Positions 18,176 through 28,324 of a DNA stretch of 64,000 nucleotides are shown here, piece by piece. Under the pieces are notes generated by a model, which was not told the origin of the DNA, ran no database searches, and worked only from the letters and a program-made list of their open reading frames with translations. Numbering within the stretch: the stretch's first letter is position 1; each line of letters begins with the position of its first letter. The translations under genes and the position numbers were made by a program. Source of the stretch: an uncultured Methanosarcinales archaeon (GTDB lineage Archaea > Nanobdellota > Nanobdellia > Woesearchaeales > GW2011-AR9); assembly GCA_964604645.1 (NCBI GenBank), contig CAZRZP010000001.1, positions 9,394-73,393 on the forward strand, read 5' to 3'.

Positions 18176-20635
18176 TTACTTCTCAATACCAACCTTAACC
18201 TTAAAATTTTCAGTTTCTAATTCAGTTGTTCCAGAAAAAGTAACCTCTTTCAATCTTAGCACAGCTTTCAAATCACTTGAAATACTTTCAATCCTTTCTT
18301 TAAAACTATCTTCATCACTTACTAAAATAAGCTTACTAATTTCTTCTTTCATAGACATTTGATTGTCAGATTTATATTTTCGAACTAAATTAATAACATC
18401 AATTCCTATGTCTCCAGTTAATTCAGCTTCTTTATCCACAGAATAATTATTGTAATCCGGCCATTGAGAAATATGAATGCTTTTTTTCCTTTCACATTGA
18501 GCAAAATATAATTGATAAACTTCTTCAGTTATATGTGGTATAAATGGAGACATTATTTTCAAAACTGCCAGTAAACTGTGGTATATCCCTTGTTGAGCAC
18601 TTCTTCTTTCATCTGCTCCTCTTTGTTCAGGGTTATATAACCTATCTTTTACAATTTCTAGATAGTCGCTACAAAATGCATGCCAGAAGAATTTTTCTGT
18701 CTCAGCTTTAGGGTGGAAAAAACGGTATTCGTCAAACGTTTCTGTAGATTTTTTAACTACTTGATGTAACTTAGATAAAATCCATTTATCAAAAATTTCT
18801 GTTGCTTGTACTTGTTCATAATCCTCTAAATGCATAATGCCAAATTTACCTGCGTTCCATAATTTGTTTACGAATTTTTTCCCAGCTACTAATTCTTTTT
18901 CTTGAAAAGGTAAATCTTCTCCTAATGTACAACTAGCTGCCATAAACCTTAATGAATCTGAGGAATATTTTTCAATCATTTTTTGAGGTTCAATGATGTT
19001 TCCTTTTGATTTAGACATTTTCTTACCTTTAGGATCTAGCATCCATCCGTTGACGAAACAATCGTTCCAAGGTAACATATCATAATGTAAATGTGATTTA
19101 ACAACTGTGTTGAATAGCCAGAAAGAAATGATGTCATGCCCTTGAGGGCGAAGATTCATTGGATTATTTTGTAGGAATTCATAAGTTCTTTTACCTTTAA
19201 ACAATTCTTTAACAATAGTGGGTGTTAATGAAGAAGTTGCCCAAGTGTTTATGATGTCATCTTCTCCAATAAACTTAGTGGATTGACATTTCTCACATTT
19301 TTCAGTAGGTGGTTGATCTTCCGTTGGATCAACCGGTAAATCTTCTTCTCTGGCAAAAGTAGGTTCCTCACATTTTATACAATACCAAACTGGGAATGGA
19401 ACTCCAAAAAATATTTGTCTGCTGATGTTCCAATCCCATTTCAAACCTTTCGCCCAATTATCATAGCGGTTCTTCATATGCTCTGGATGCCAATTTAGTT
19501 TTTCTCCCAACTCTAACCATTTTTCTTTTAAATCCATAACTTTGATTGACCATTGATTCATTGCTACAAACTCAATTGGGGTGCCACATCTTTCATGGGC
19601 ATTAACATTTTGTAGTATTGGTTCTTCTTTTGTTATTACGTTCAAAGCACGCCAATCTTCCACAACTGCTTCCCTAGCTTTGTGTGAGTTCATTCCAGCA
19701 TATTTACCTGCTTGTTCGTTTAACCTTCCGTCTGGATTCATAATATGTTTAACTTTTAATTCTGGATGGGCTGCAACAAATTCAATATCTTTTGCATCTC
19801 CATATGGGCACCAATATACAACTCCTGAACCAAAATCTATCTTAGCACTTTCATCAGCTAATATTGGCACTTTAACATTACTTCCTGGAATTATTGCTCT
19901 TTTTCCAACAAAATGTTTATACCTATCATCTTCAGGATGAACACTAATTGCAATACAAGCCATCATTAATTCTGGTCTAGTTGTAGCAAATGTTATATCT
20001 TCAAACTTATCTGGATCAACTTCAACTTTTGCTGTTACATAATATAACGTTGATTCTCTTTGCAAATCTTCTAATTCTACTTGGGCAATTGATGTTTTAC
20101 ACTTTGGACAAATCATTGCAGGAGCATAGTGGCGGTAAGCTCTTTCTTTCTTAACTAAATCTAGAAAACTCCTTTGCGAAATTCTTTGACAATGTTCATT
20201 TATTGTTGTGTAAAAAACTGAAAAATCACAGCTAATTCCTAATTTTTTCCAATCGTTTGTATATTGTGGTCTTAATTCTTGTTCCAAAGTGTCTAAACAA
20301 AGTTTAACAAATTCTTTTCTTGGCATATCTCTTGCTCTTACTTTTTTTAATTTTTCAATAAGTAGCTGAGTTGGCAAACCATTATCGTCGGTTCCGAAAG
20401 GTTGTAAAACATTAAATCCTTTCATTCGTTTATATCTTGCAATGAAATCTTGTTGAGAATTTCCAAAAGCATGCCCCATATGCATCTTTCCAGATACAGT
20501 GGGAGGAGGAGTATCTATAGAAAAAATATCTCTTTGAGTATCGTCTTGACTAAATCTATAAATTTGATTTTCTTCCCAATATTTCTGCCACTTCGGTTCA
20601 GCTTCATGCGGATCATATCTTTGAGGTAATTCCAT
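18176..20635 (-). CDS. valS: valyl-tRNA synthetase
   Basis: 'TPPPTVSGKMHMGHAF' (PPP.V.G.LHMGHA, HIGH motif) and 'KMSKSKGN'. 819 aa class I enzyme. Confidence 0.8.
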   Translation of the reverse strand: MELPQRYDPHEAEPKWQKYWEENQIYRFSQDDTQRDIFSIDTPPPTVSGKMHMGHAFGNSQQDFIARYKRMKGFNVLQPFGTDDNGLPTQLLIEKLKKVRARDMPRKEFVKLCLDTLEQELRPQYTNDWKKLGISCDFSVFYTTINEHCQRISQRSFLDLVKKERAYRHYAPAMICPKCKTSIAQVELEDLQRESTLYYVTAKVEVDPDKFEDITFATTRPELMMACIAISVHPEDDRYKHFVGKRAIIPGSNVKVPILADESAKIDFGSGVVYWCPYGDAKDIEFVAAHPELKVKHIMNPDGRLNEQAGKYAGMNSHKAREAVVEDWRALNVITKEEPILQNVNAHERCGTPIEFVAMNQWSIKVMDLKEKWLELGEKLNWHPEHMKNRYDNWAKGLKWDWNISRQIFFGVPFPVWYCIKCEEPTFAREEDLPVDPTEDQPPTEKCEKCQSTKFIGEDDIINTWATSSLTPTIVKELFKGKRTYEFLQNNPMNLRPQGHDIISFWLFNTVVKSHLHYDMLPWNDCFVNGWMLDPKGKKMSKSKGNIIEPQKMIEKYSSDSLRFMAASCTLGEDLPFQEKELVAGKKFVNKLWNAGKFGIMHLEDYEQVQATEIFDKWILSKLHQVVKKSTETFDEYRFFHPKAETEKFFWHAFCSDYLEIVKDRLYNPEQRGADERRSAQQGIYHSLLAVLKIMSPFIPHITEEVYQLYFAQCERKKSIHISQWPDYNNYSVDKEAELTGDIGIDVINLVRKYKSDNQMSMKEEISKLILVSDEDSFKERIESISSDLKAVLRLKEVTFSGTTELETENFKVKVGIEK

Positions 20636-20699
20636 CAGTACATGAATTAACTGCTATTTTAAAAAAGTTGGGGTGATGTGTGGTTAAAGTAATACTAAA

Positions 20700-20996
20700 T
20701 TAATTATTAACTTTACAATAAAATACATACCTTGCGTCTTTGGCTTTATCACTTACTTTAATCTCAGAATCATTTAGTTCTAAAAATCCATAATTAATTA
20801 ATTTTTCAATGTTATTGTCTGAAGGCTTTCCACAAAGGAATGCACTTTTTAGATAACTATTGTTCTTTAAACCTGCTAGAAATAAAACGTAGGGGATATC
20901 TATGTCATGGCTGCTTCCATTCAATTCAAATTTACATCTTGACCTGTAACTAAGTTCATTAATGTTCTTGAAGACTTCTTTTAGTGTATATCCCAT
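20700..20996 (-). CDS. hypothetical protein
   Basis: 98-aa ORF with a diverse composition. No recognisable motif. Confidence 0.3.
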   Translation of the reverse strand: MGYTLKEVFKNINELSYRSRCKFELNGSSHDIDIPYVLFLAGLKNNSYLKSAFLCGKPSDNNIEKLINYGFLELNDSEIKVSDKAKDARYVFYCKVNN

Positions 20997-21039
20997 TCAT
21001 TCTCACTTTTCTAATTCTTTTAAAAATCTATCTTAGAAA

Positions 21040-22458
21040 TCATTCACTCAACTTCTCTCCTCTTGATTTACTTTCTGCCCATCCTGCTGCAGTAATTTTA
21101 ACAAATTCACCGTTTTGTTGCATTTCTGGGATATTTCTAGCACCACAATAACTGATGCCACTCTTTAATCCTTTCACTAATCCTTTAATCACATCTTCTA
21201 CTGGTCCTTTGTAATTAACCAAAGTAGAAACCCCCTCTACAAAAATATCCAATCTTTCCTTTACTCTTTTCTTTTGTTCTTTCTCTTTCCTTTCATGTCC
21301 TGAATCATAAGATGCTGAACCCATGTATCGCTTGTAACGTTTACCGTCTTTCATGATGATCATTCCCGGTGCTTCATCAGTTCCTGAAAAAAAGTTACCA
21401 GAATAGATTGTGGAAGCTCCTGCAGCGATTGCTTTCGCGACATCTCCAGGAAATCTCATCCCTCCGTCTGCAGTTACTGGAATACCTCTTTGCTTTGCCA
21501 ATGAAACTACATCCATAATAGCAGTAACCTGAGGAACTCCAGATCCGGAGATGATTCTAGTAGTACAGACTGGAGAAGGGCCAATTCCTACTTTCAATCC
21601 GTCTGCTCCCGCTTCAATTAAATCTCTGGCAGCCTGAAAAGTAGCTAAATTTCCTACAACTACATCAATTTGAAAGTTAGATTTAATCTCTCTTAATTTA
21701 CTAATTACATAATCAGAATGTGCATGAGCTACGTCTAAAATTAAAACGTCAACATTTGCTTTAATTAATTCTCTTGCTCTTTCTAAGCTATCTTTCACAC
21801 CAATAGCAGCACCAACTCGTAACCTACCCTTTTCATCTCTTGTTGAATTTGGCCAATGTTCAAGTTTTCTAATATCTTTTGTTGTTATCAGTCCTCTTAT
21901 TTCTCCATTCTCCACTATTGGCAATTTTTCAATTCTATTATTATGCAAAATATTTTTTGCTTCATTTGGCTGAATTCCAGGATGGGAGGTTATTAATCTT
22001 GAAAGCGGAGTCATCACTTCAGATATTAACCTGTTTCTATTTTCTTCAAATAAATAATCTCTTCTTGTGAAAATTCCTTTTAATTGATTATTATCTGCAA
22101 CTAATAAACTAGTAACACCAGTTTCTTCCATTGTATCTATTGCTTTCTGAACGGTAATGTGCGGTGGAACTGTTAGAGGTTCCTCAATTACATAACTAGT
22201 ACTTCGCTTAACTTTCCTAACTTCTTTAGCTTGCTCCTCGATGGTGTTAAACTGATGTATAACTCCCAATCCTCCCTCTCTGGCCATAGCTATAGCCATT
22301 TTATGTTCAGTAACACATGCCATATTTGAAGAAACTAACGGGATGTTAAGCTTGATATTTTTTGAAAAGTATGTAGAAACATCAGCTTCACTTCTGCTTG
22401 ATAATGGCGTTCTTTTAGGAACTAATAAGACATCTGAGAAAGTTAATCCCTCTTTCAT
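21040..22458 (-). CDS. guaB: IMP dehydrogenase with CBS pair
   Basis: 'GLTFSDVLLVPK', 'GGLGVIHQF' and the catalytic loop 'GIGPSPVCTTR'. 472 aa. Confidence 0.85.
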   Translation of the reverse strand: MKEGLTFSDVLLVPKRTPLSSRSEADVSTYFSKNIKLNIPLVSSNMACVTEHKMAIAMAREGGLGVIHQFNTIEEQAKEVRKVKRSTSYVIEEPLTVPPHITVQKAIDTMEETGVTSLLVADNNQLKGIFTRRDYLFEENRNRLISEVMTPLSRLITSHPGIQPNEAKNILHNNRIEKLPIVENGEIRGLITTKDIRKLEHWPNSTRDEKGRLRVGAAIGVKDSLERARELIKANVDVLILDVAHAHSDYVISKLREIKSNFQIDVVVGNLATFQAARDLIEAGADGLKVGIGPSPVCTTRIISGSGVPQVTAIMDVVSLAKQRGIPVTADGGMRFPGDVAKAIAAGASTIYSGNFFSGTDEAPGMIIMKDGKRYKRYMGSASYDSGHERKEKEQKKRVKERLDIFVEGVSTLVNYKGPVEDVIKGLVKGLKSGISYCGARNIPEMQQNGEFVKITAAGWAESKSRGEKLSE

Positions 22459-22509
22459 GAAATATTGAGAGAATGCTTTGTTTATATTTATTATTGTTGT
22501 TTCGTGGTA

Positions 22510-23295
22510 TTAATTAATTTTAAATCTTAAAACCCGATTTCCTTCAAAGAATTCATATTCTGTAGACTCTTTATTTATAAGTTTAGGTAATCCTGGAAAA
22601 ATAAGAATTTCTTTTATATTTGATAAATCATCAACATTAAAAAAAAGCGACCCAGTATGAGATTGTCTTGCTTTGTAATAGCCTCCTATTCCTTCAACTC
22701 TTCCAAAATGTTCAATTAATACTTCATCAAAAATTGATTGACTAATACTTCTTTTATTATCTTTAGTTAATAATAATGCATATGTCCTAAAACGATTCAT
22801 TGTTTTTCTATTATTTGTAAGTTCTACTTCTAATCGAATATATTTTTTTTTACTTGTGGAATAAGAAAATTCTTTTAGCTCAACAACGCCGATTCTTTTC
22901 AATGTTATCTCTAAGTCGGACGTTTTTATTGTTTTTCCTATTTCTTTAGCAGAAAGTCTATAATTTTCATCAACAAATTTTTGTTTTTCTTCAATCTTTA
23001 ATTGTTTAACATCATCTAATGCACTCGTTATTACCATAGTCAACCAAATAATAAACGCAATTATCACAAATAATTTGATTAAAGTATTATTTCTGGTATC
23101 TTTTGAACGAAGTTTGTTCATATTTTGCCATATAAAAAAAAAGACAAGAATAAAACTCCACAATAAAACTCTCACTTGAATAGCTTCTTCCTTGCTTGAT
23201 GGAATATATCCAGAAACAAGAATTAGAATTGACAAAAAGATACCAATACTTATTGATATTACAAATTTGTGGATATTGCCTAACTTATTTTTCAT
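22510..23295 (-). CDS. membrane-anchored hypothetical protein
   Basis: Three N-terminal TM helices followed by a soluble beta-rich domain. Confidence 0.35.
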   Translation of the reverse strand: MKNKLGNIHKFVISISIGIFLSILILVSGYIPSSKEEAIQVRVLLWSFILVFFFIWQNMNKLRSKDTRNNTLIKLFVIIAFIIWLTMVITSALDDVKQLKIEEKQKFVDENYRLSAKEIGKTIKTSDLEITLKRIGVVELKEFSYSTSKKKYIRLEVELTNNRKTMNRFRTYALLLTKDNKRSISQSIFDEVLIEHFGRVEGIGGYYKARQSHTGSLFFNVDDLSNIKEILIFPGLPKLINKESTEYEFFEGNRVLRFKIN

Positions 23296-23424
23296 AATAT
23301 GATTTTTCTAACTCTTGTTTATAAATTTTTTGTCTCTTTCTAGTGGATACACAATAAGTCGTGTTTTAAATGGCTCTCTATCAAACCAAAACTATTTTAA
23401 ACCCTTCCTACCCAAAATATCTAC

Positions 23425-24603
23425 ATGTTAACCATAAAATATTTCCCTCAAAATGGTTCACAAATATTTGGACAAGATGAACCTGTAGCTGAACTTAAAG
23501 ATTACATCGTTAACTACAAATCTCAAAAAAAAAAGGCAGCACTTGTGTGGGGTCCAATCGGTAACGGTAAAACTTCTTCCATCTATGCATTAGCAAACGA
23601 ACTAAATTATGACGTCTTTGAAATTAATTCTTCAGATTTAAGAAAAGCTGATAACATAACTAAATTTTTAGATGCATCTTTAGGACAACAAACTTTGTTT
23701 TTTAAACCAAAAATTATCTTAATAGATGAGATTGATAATATTTCCGGCATGAAAGATAGGGGATGTATTCAAGCTATCACTAAATGCATCACAAATTCAT
23801 CCTTTCCAGTTATCATTACAGCCAATGATCCGTTTGATAAAAAGTTTAAGCTTTTACAAAAAGTATCTAAGATGATTGAATATTCTAAATTAGATTACAA
23901 AATAATTTCACACGCAATTCAATGGGTATGTGAGAAAGAAAAAATTCCTTGCGAACCAAAAGCAGCAAATACTCTTGCAAGGCAAGTTGATGGAGATTTA
24001 AGAGGAGCCCTAATTGATATAGAAATCTGTGCTAACGGATTGACGATGGACAATATAAATCAACTTTCAGATCGTAAACGAACGCATTCTATCCTTAAAG
24101 CGTTGCAACTAATTTTTAAATCGTCTTCAATTGACAATGCAAGACCTGCTTTATTTGATGTTGACATTGACATGGATCAAGTATTTCTTTGGATTGATTA
24201 CAATTTACCCAGAGAGTATTTATCTGCTAAATCTTTAGCAAAGGCGTATGAATCTTTGTCTAGGGCTGATGTCTTCCGTGGGAGAATTAGAAGACAGCAG
24301 CATTGGCGTTTTTTAGCTTACATTAACGATTTATTGACTGCTGGAATCTCTTCAGCTAAAGACGAAAAGAATCCTGCTTTTGTTCAATATAAACAGACAT
24401 CCCGTTTACTAAGAATTTGGCAAGCTAATATGAAGCACGCAAAAAAGAAAGAAATTGCTAAGAAGTTGGCAGCAGTCACCCATACTTCTAAAAAAGTAGC
24501 ATTGCAAGAAGTTATGTTTTTGAAACATATTGCGAAACAGAATCCTCAAATTGCAGAAGAGTTAGAGTTAACTGATGATGAAGTTAATTGGTTGAAAGCT
24601 TAG
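23425..24603 (+). CDS. rfcL: replication factor C large subunit (AAA+ clamp loader)
   Basis: Walker A 'GPIGNGKTSS', 'EINSSDLRK' (NASD.R box) and 'IILIDEIDNI'. Confidence 0.65.
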   Translation: MLTIKYFPQNGSQIFGQDEPVAELKDYIVNYKSQKKKAALVWGPIGNGKTSSIYALANELNYDVFEINSSDLRKADNITKFLDASLGQQTLFFKPKIILIDEIDNISGMKDRGCIQAITKCITNSSFPVIITANDPFDKKFKLLQKVSKMIEYSKLDYKIISHAIQWVCEKEKIPCEPKAANTLARQVDGDLRGALIDIEICANGLTMDNINQLSDRKRTHSILKALQLIFKSSSIDNARPALFDVDIDMDQVFLWIDYNLPREYLSAKSLAKAYESLSRADVFRGRIRRQQHWRFLAYINDLLTAGISSAKDEKNPAFVQYKQTSRLLRIWQANMKHAKKKEIAKKLAAVTHTSKKVALQEVMFLKHIAKQNPQIAEELELTDDEVNWLKA

Positions 24604-24646
24604 ATTCTACAAAAAACTTAATAAACATCCGTTCAATCCAGATAAC

Positions 24647-26119
24647 ATGCACACTTCCCAAGAATTAGCAACGTTCTGTAAGAAAAAAGGTTTCATCTAT
24701 CCAAGCAGTGAGATATATGGCGGTCTTGCAGGATTTTATGATTATGGACATCTTGGAACGTTATTAAAATTAAATTTTGAAAAGGCCTGGAGGAAATTCT
24801 TCCTAGGACTACATCCAAACTTTTTTGAAATATCTGCTTCACAAGTAATGCATGAAAATGTTTTCAAGGCATCTGGACATTTAGATAATTTTATTGATCC
24901 ATTGGTTACTTGCAGTAAATGCGATTTCTCTGATAGAGCAGATCACTTTTTAGAATCTAGTATGGAAGAAAGGTGTGAAGATTTATCGCCTGAAGAATTA
25001 ACTGTTTGCATTGAAAAAAATAATCTTACTTGTCCAAAATGTAAAGCTCCACTAAATCCTGTTTCTGTTCTAAATATGATGTTTCCGGTAACTTTAGGAA
25101 ATTCACAGAAAGCTTACTTAAGACCAGAAACAGCGCAAAGTCCTTATGTGAATTTTAAAGCACAATACGAATTACAACGTAAAAAGTTACCGATGGGATT
25201 AGCGTTAATTGGTAAAGCTTTCAGAAACGAAATATCTCCCAGAAATATGACTCTACGTTTGAGGGAATTTACGCAAGCAGAATTACAGATTTTTTTCAAC
25301 CCACAAAAATTAATGGAACATCCAGATTTCTCTTCAGTTAAAGATGTTCCACTTAGAACCATGTTAGTGCAGGATCGTTCTCAAAAAATGGTGGTAGAAA
25401 GAACTGCTAAATCCTTAGTTGAAGAAGAAGGGTTACCTGAATTTTATGTTTATTATATGGTTCAGATTCAGAAGTTCTATTTAGAAGTTCTAAAAATTCC
25501 AAAAGAAAAATTACGTTTCTATCAATTGAATGATAAAGAGAAAGCATTCTATAACAAAAATCATTTTGATATTGAAGTAGAGTTAGCTGATCATGGATTT
25601 ACTGAATTAGGTGGTTTACATTACAGAACTGATTATGATCTATCTGGTCATCAAAAAGTTTCTGGAGTTAAGATGGAAGTACTTGAAGAATCTACAGGAA
25701 ACAAATTTATCCCTCATGTACTAGAATTAAGCTTTGGTGTTGATAGGCACATATATTCATTATTAGACTTAGCTTATAATAATGATAAAGAGAGGGGTAA
25801 TGTTAATTTACGTTTATCTGCAAATACCTCTCCATTTTATTGCTCTGTCTTCCCTTTAGTAAAAAATAAAGAAGCAATAGTAAATAAAGCTTCAGAAGTA
25901 TTTGCTTTAGTAAAAGATAATTTCTCTTCATTCTATGATGAGGCTTCTTCTGTTGGTCGAAGATATGCAAGAGCAGATGAAATTGGTGTTAAATATTGTA
26001 TTACTATTGACTTTGATAGTTTAGATGATAATAATGTTACCGTTAGGGATAGGGAAACAACTAAACAAGAAAGAATTCCTATTGAAGAAGTAGTTGAGTA
26101 TCTTAATTCTAAATTATAA
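24647..26119 (+). CDS. glyS: glycyl-tRNA synthetase (archaeal/eukaryotic alpha2 type)
   Basis: 'FIYPSSEIYGGLAGFYDYGHLG' and class II motifs 'FRNEISPRN' and 'LREFTQAELQIF'. Confidence 0.85.
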   Translation: MHTSQELATFCKKKGFIYPSSEIYGGLAGFYDYGHLGTLLKLNFEKAWRKFFLGLHPNFFEISASQVMHENVFKASGHLDNFIDPLVTCSKCDFSDRADHFLESSMEERCEDLSPEELTVCIEKNNLTCPKCKAPLNPVSVLNMMFPVTLGNSQKAYLRPETAQSPYVNFKAQYELQRKKLPMGLALIGKAFRNEISPRNMTLRLREFTQAELQIFFNPQKLMEHPDFSSVKDVPLRTMLVQDRSQKMVVERTAKSLVEEEGLPEFYVYYMVQIQKFYLEVLKIPKEKLRFYQLNDKEKAFYNKNHFDIEVELADHGFTELGGLHYRTDYDLSGHQKVSGVKMEVLEESTGNKFIPHVLELSFGVDRHIYSLLDLAYNNDKERGNVNLRLSANTSPFYCSVFPLVKNKEAIVNKASEVFALVKDNFSSFYDEASSVGRRYARADEIGVKYCITIDFDSLDDNNVTVRDRETTKQERIPIEEVVEYLNSKL

Positions 26120-26184
26120 TTTTAAGCGCATCACCCACACTTTTCTCAGTAATATTTATATATCTCGTTTATCTCTTTAGAAGC

Positions 26185-26742
26185 ATGAAAAGGTGGGCGA
26201 CGTATTTATGGCTTCTTTTAGTTGTTGCAATTGAAAGTATTCTTTGGTATCTCTATTCCGGCATGGAAGATGGAACTACTAAAATCATCTCTCTAGTTAT
26301 TATGGTCGTAGTTCTCTTGGTAGGAATTGCTTTTTCCTTCTATGAATTCGCACATTCTACGCGAAAAATGCGTAAATCTTTGGAAGATCTCGATCGATTA
26401 ATTGTAACTGGTTCATTTGAAGAATTGAAGAAAGAATACATTTCCGCTTATGAATTATATATGAAACTTAATGAAAAAGGTAAAGCAAACTTTTTTGCTA
26501 GAATTTCTAAATTTAGAGAAAAAATTGAAGAGCAGATGAGAGATGAAAAGAAAGTTGAAATTTATCTTCAGGAAATGAATGAAGCAACAATGGAAGAAAA
26601 GAAGGAAGTTCTAGCAAAGTTAAAAGAAGTATTCAACAATTTACCTGAGGGAGCTAGACAGAAGCATTTTGCTAGAGTCAATCAAGCGAAGCAAATGCTT
26701 GAAAGTGGTGTTTCAACCAATATGCCTATGCTTAGATCTTAG
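26185..26742 (+). CDS. membrane protein with a coiled-coil C-terminal region
   Basis: Two N-terminal TM helices. Glu/Lys-rich heptad-like C-terminus. Confidence 0.35.
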   Translation: MKRWATYLWLLLVVAIESILWYLYSGMEDGTTKIISLVIMVVVLLVGIAFSFYEFAHSTRKMRKSLEDLDRLIVTGSFEELKKEYISAYELYMKLNEKGKANFFARISKFREKIEEQMRDEKKVEIYLQEMNEATMEEKKEVLAKLKEVFNNLPEGARQKHFARVNQAKQMLESGVSTNMPMLRS

Positions 26743-26790
26743 TTTTTCAATACCAAAATCTATTTAAAACAGTTTGTTTTTTCGCTTAAT

Positions 26791-27222
26791 ATGGAAGTCA
26801 AAGATGTTCAAGCAAATCAAGGGAACTTAGATTTAGTTTTTACAGTTGTTGAGAAGGAAGAACCTCGTACTTTTGAAAAATTCGGCAAGCAGGGGCAAGT
26901 TTGTAATGCCAAAGTTAAAGATGAAACTGGTGAGATTAAACTTACTTTGTGGAACGAAGATGTAGAGAAGATTAATGTCGGTGATAAGGTTCATTTAGAA
27001 AATGGCTGGTGTTCAGAATTTAGGGGAGAACGACAACTTTCTACTGGTAAGTTTGGGAAGATTGAAGTTGTTGAGTCAGCTCCACCTCAAGAAGTATTTA
27101 CCAACGATCCTGGAATGTTAGGTAGCCAAGCTGAGTTAGCTATGGGTGAAGGAGACGTTGGAGAAGAAACCAGTGAAGAAACTGGTGAAGAACTTATTTC
27201 TGAAGAAGAATTTGTTGATTAA
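26791..27222 (+). CDS. OB-fold ssDNA-binding protein (SSB/RPA-like) with an acidic C-terminal tail
   Basis: OB-fold core 'CNAKVKDETGEIKLTLWNE...GDKVHLENGW' followed by 'EETSEETGEELISEEEFVD'. Confidence 0.5.
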   Translation: MEVKDVQANQGNLDLVFTVVEKEEPRTFEKFGKQGQVCNAKVKDETGEIKLTLWNEDVEKINVGDKVHLENGWCSEFRGERQLSTGKFGKIEVVESAPPQEVFTNDPGMLGSQAELAMGEGDVGEETSEETGEELISEEEFVD

Positions 27223-27223
27223 T

Positions 27224-28324
27224 TTATTTGCAGGATTTTGAGTTATTATAAACTGTATCTATTACTACGTATTGCTGTTTTGAGTGAAGTTGACTCACTG
27301 AGAATCCACGTTTTAAATGAAATAAATTCGTTAAAACTGCATCAACAAAACCAAGCTTTTCTTTGTTAAACAACCCGCATTTTTGTTTATTAATTTGTTC
27401 ACCCAAATATATTAACTGTTCTTCTGATGGACGATATTGGTCTCCTTCAAACTTTTCCATAAATTCAACAGCTATTTGTAATTCAGGGGGAATATTTCCT
27501 AAAACTTCTAATACACTTTTAGGGTCGTATTGAATTGCTGACCGGCACATGTCGAATAATGCATCATTATCTTGACATGCATTATGTCTTGAAGTTGTAT
27601 ATGTGGAACTATCTCCAAAACAAGTTAAAGAAAAGACATATTCTTTTCCTCTACAATATTCTGCAATACTTGCTTTCCTTTTATCTTCATCCTTTTCCCT
27701 AAGAAGGTCTTTTAGTAAATCTCTACCAAGATCTCTTGACAACATAAGGTCATTTAGATTTCTCGGGTTTAATAGACTGAATAGTTGTTTACCCGCTTCA
27801 ATTCTCGTTGATTTTTTTAGTGAAGAATAAATTCCTGAAATTACTTTTGAACTTTTGTAATTGTCACAATTTCTAAGAGCACGGTGAAATTCTATAAATG
27901 CTCTTGTTGCTTTTTCTGGACCATACTTTTTTTCTATATCTTGGAACCTAGCTTGTATATCATAAGATAACCAGTCTGTTACAGAATCTTTCAAACAATC
28001 TCCCTTTCTAAATTCTTCAAATACTTTCTGTCCTAATCCAATGTTGTTATCTATTTCTAATTTTGGTAAACCAGTTGGTATGATTAGTTTCGTTGGTGTA
28101 GCTGACTTTGGTTTTTCTACAATTATTGGTTCTTTAACAATTCTTTCAGATACTTTCGTTTCTAATACTTCCTCTTCTTCTACATTTCTTACGTCTTCAA
28201 TTGTATCTTCTTTTGGTTGGTAAGAAAGAACATCATAAGTACACCAACCTGTTATCCCTAACGCAAGTGCTGCTAATCCAGTTGCTACTCTGTTTCTGGT
28301 TGTCATTTGTCTAAATCTGCGCAA
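27224..28324 (-). CDS. membrane-anchored Cys-containing hypothetical protein (tandem paralog 1)
   Basis: Shares the N-terminus 'TTRN..TGLAALAL.ITGWCTYD.LS....EDTIEDVRNVE..EVLETKV' with the adjacent gene. Confidence 0.4.
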   Translation of the reverse strand: MRRFRQMTTRNRVATGLAALALGITGWCTYDVLSYQPKEDTIEDVRNVEEEEVLETKVSERIVKEPIIVEKPKSATPTKLIIPTGLPKLEIDNNIGLGQKVFEEFRKGDCLKDSVTDWLSYDIQARFQDIEKKYGPEKATRAFIEFHRALRNCDNYKSSKVISGIYSSLKKSTRIEAGKQLFSLLNPRNLNDLMLSRDLGRDLLKDLLREKDEDKRKASIAEYCRGKEYVFSLTCFGDSSTYTTSRHNACQDNDALFDMCRSAIQYDPKSVLEVLGNIPPELQIAVEFMEKFEGDQYRPSEEQLIYLGEQINKQKCGLFNKEKLGFVDAVLTNLFHLKRGFSVSQLHSKQQYVVIDTVYNNSKSCK